Part shown: piece after piece, positions 62,101-64,000 of the stretch
Numbering within the stretch: position 1 is the stretch's first letter
Layout: each line of letters begins with the position of its first letter
Source: the human T2T-CHM13v2.0 reference genome, Homo sapiens
Reading direction: 5' to 3' (one strand)
DNA: 64,000 nt
Assembly: GCF_009914755.1 (NCBI RefSeq)
Contig: NC_060937.1
Translations under genes and position numbers: made by a program
Notes under the pieces: generated by a model
What the model saw: the letters and a program-made list of their open reading frames with translations, nothing else
Database searches by the model: none
What the model was told of the DNA's origin: nothing

Positions 62101-64000
62101 TGGGCAACTCAGGGGAAAATTGGCCAAGCCACAACTGCCATACCAGTTGTGATCCACCTTAAGGATCCTACCTCCTTTCCTAACCAGAGACAATATCTCC
62201 CCAAACCAGAAGTTAGGAAAGGACTAGGAGCCATCATTGATAACTTAAGGATACAGGGCCTCTTCAAACCCTGCAACAGCCCTTGTAATACTCTGATACC
62301 AGGGGTACAAAAACCCTATGGGAAATGGAGACTGGTCCCGGACCTCAACCTCATTAATCATGAGGCCAAAATCAGAGGCCATTACTACGTGTGCTATTAA
62401 GGATAGTACTGATAAGTTTAAATGTGTTTTATGGTCCCTGGATTGTTGAGATAAAGATTAAAAAATTTTTAAATGTGGATGATAAAATTTAAAATAAATC
62501 CACTTAAGGATTATAAGTAAAGCTTATGAATTTCAACCTTAGAGAGGAAAAATTTGGTTGAATTTTTTCTCATTATTTTCTTATATCTTTGCATGTCTGG
62601 TAAAATTTTATTAAATGCTCAGCATTTTGAATTTTACCTTGCTAGGCATTTGATGTTTTAAAATTCTTATAAATACTTTATCCACTATTCTAGGGTATAT
62701 TCAGATAACTTGAGAAAATTTTGATTATCTGGAATCATGTTTTTAAGATATGTTAGATGAGACTGGAATAGTGCTCAGTGTACCATCACTAAACAGAAAT
62801 GAATACTGAGTAATATCTACCATTACCACACTTACCATTACTAAAACAACCCACTCTGTGTACCCTACCCCCAAAATTATGAAGCCACTGCAGCTTGTGT
62901 GAAAAGGCATTATTCCTGGCTTGTTTTAAGAGCTGGAAGTCTTATCTTTTCCTTTTCTGTAGTACTTCCCCTAGTTCCATTAGTAGGTAGCTTCCTCACA
63001 CATACGCACTTACCTGTGCTCAGCAGAATGCTTCAAATGGACCATCTTCAATTACCTCTCTCTCTCTCTCTCTCTAGCAGCCTGTCCTTCTTCAGTATTC
63101 TGTCCTGCATATTCTAGAACCATTTTTTTCTCCTTAGATTCTCAGCCCCCATCTCCTCAGTTTAGGCAGACTTCCTGGCTCTGCCTTGATTTCTCTCCCT
63201 GCTTGGAAACTCTCAAAACAGTTAGCTGGTTGTTCAGAGGATTTGATTCCTAAATGCCAGGAGTCACTATCTATTTTTATCTCATGTCTGGGTGTCTTGC
63301 TATTTATTGTTTGTATATTTTTACTATTGTTTGTATATTTTTACTATGTTTACGTTGTTTCTGGCAGAAGGGTTAGTTCTAGTCCCTGTCATTAATCCAT
63401 CTTGGTTGAATATGTGAATCCTTAAGGATTTTAAAATTAATATCATTTATTGTAGGTTGAGTATATACCCAAATACCATTGAAAATAGAGAAAATTTTAA
63501 TTATTAAATAGATGTAATGGACAAACTCAGAAATCTAGTATCAAATATTAGAGAGTATTCATCTTTTCCATAACACAGGAAATATTTAAAATATTGATTA
63601 TATATTCCCATAAGGGGAGTCAAAATTAAAATTAAAAATATATATAATTATAACACATTTTTAGAAATAAGTTTTAAAAGTTTAATAAAACTCCATTTAT
63701 AAATAACATTTTTCTAAATTATTCACAGATCAAAATAGAAATCCTAGTAAAAATGTAAAACCTTTTATAACAATAACAATGACAATAATACCTATTGACA
63801 CACATATGGAATACAACAACATTCAAATATGTTATAATGTACAATTAAAATTATTATATTAGAAAAATTAAGAAATTCTGAGAATTATTTATTATATAAA
63901 GTATAAGAACCACTAAGTAGACTCAATGTGTGCAGAAGTATTGTGATATTAAATCAGGGATCATAAATCAATAAAGTAGAAAAATGAGACACATGAAAAT

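Larger units (their letters stand above)
58587..62360 (+). mobile_element. ERV1 internal region (MER52-int/HUERS-P-like): leader, dead gag ~60257-61688, pro, start of pol
   Basis: Gag zinc knuckle YKCGKPGHIRKDC (~61520-61560), protease VDFLLDARAGFSVL, RT start PCNSPCNT...GKWRLVPDL; no env or 3' LTR. Confidence 0.85.

Noticed and set aside
61951-62400. 149-aa ORF as a functional retroviral protein
   Set aside because: Fragment of pro/pol with no ATG start, mutated upstream protease motif and truncated RT

Overview
AT-rich primate, very probably human, genomic DNA from a gene desert or large intron. I see no host protein-coding exon. Essentially all listed ORFs are transposon-derived or chance ORFs. 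Contents: 11 Alu loci (all on the + strand), MaLR/ERVL/ERV1 LTRs, a full-length THE1, Tigger DNA transposons, several old L1s, a full-length L1PA4-like element with an open ORF0, and a doubly truncated tRNA-Pro-primed ERV1 provirus. Two features stand out. (1) A ~1.9 kb very young L1HS Ta-1 insertion with a twin-priming 5' inversion, a perfect 14-bp TSD and an interrupted poly(A) (48493-50452). (2) A 35-bp tailless retrocopy of the 5' half of tRNA-Trp(CCA) between perfect 15-bp TSDs (24165-24229). I found no evidence of a wholly new biological system; the findings are locus-specific examples of known mechanisms. Subfamily names come from recalled consensus sequences, not a database search.
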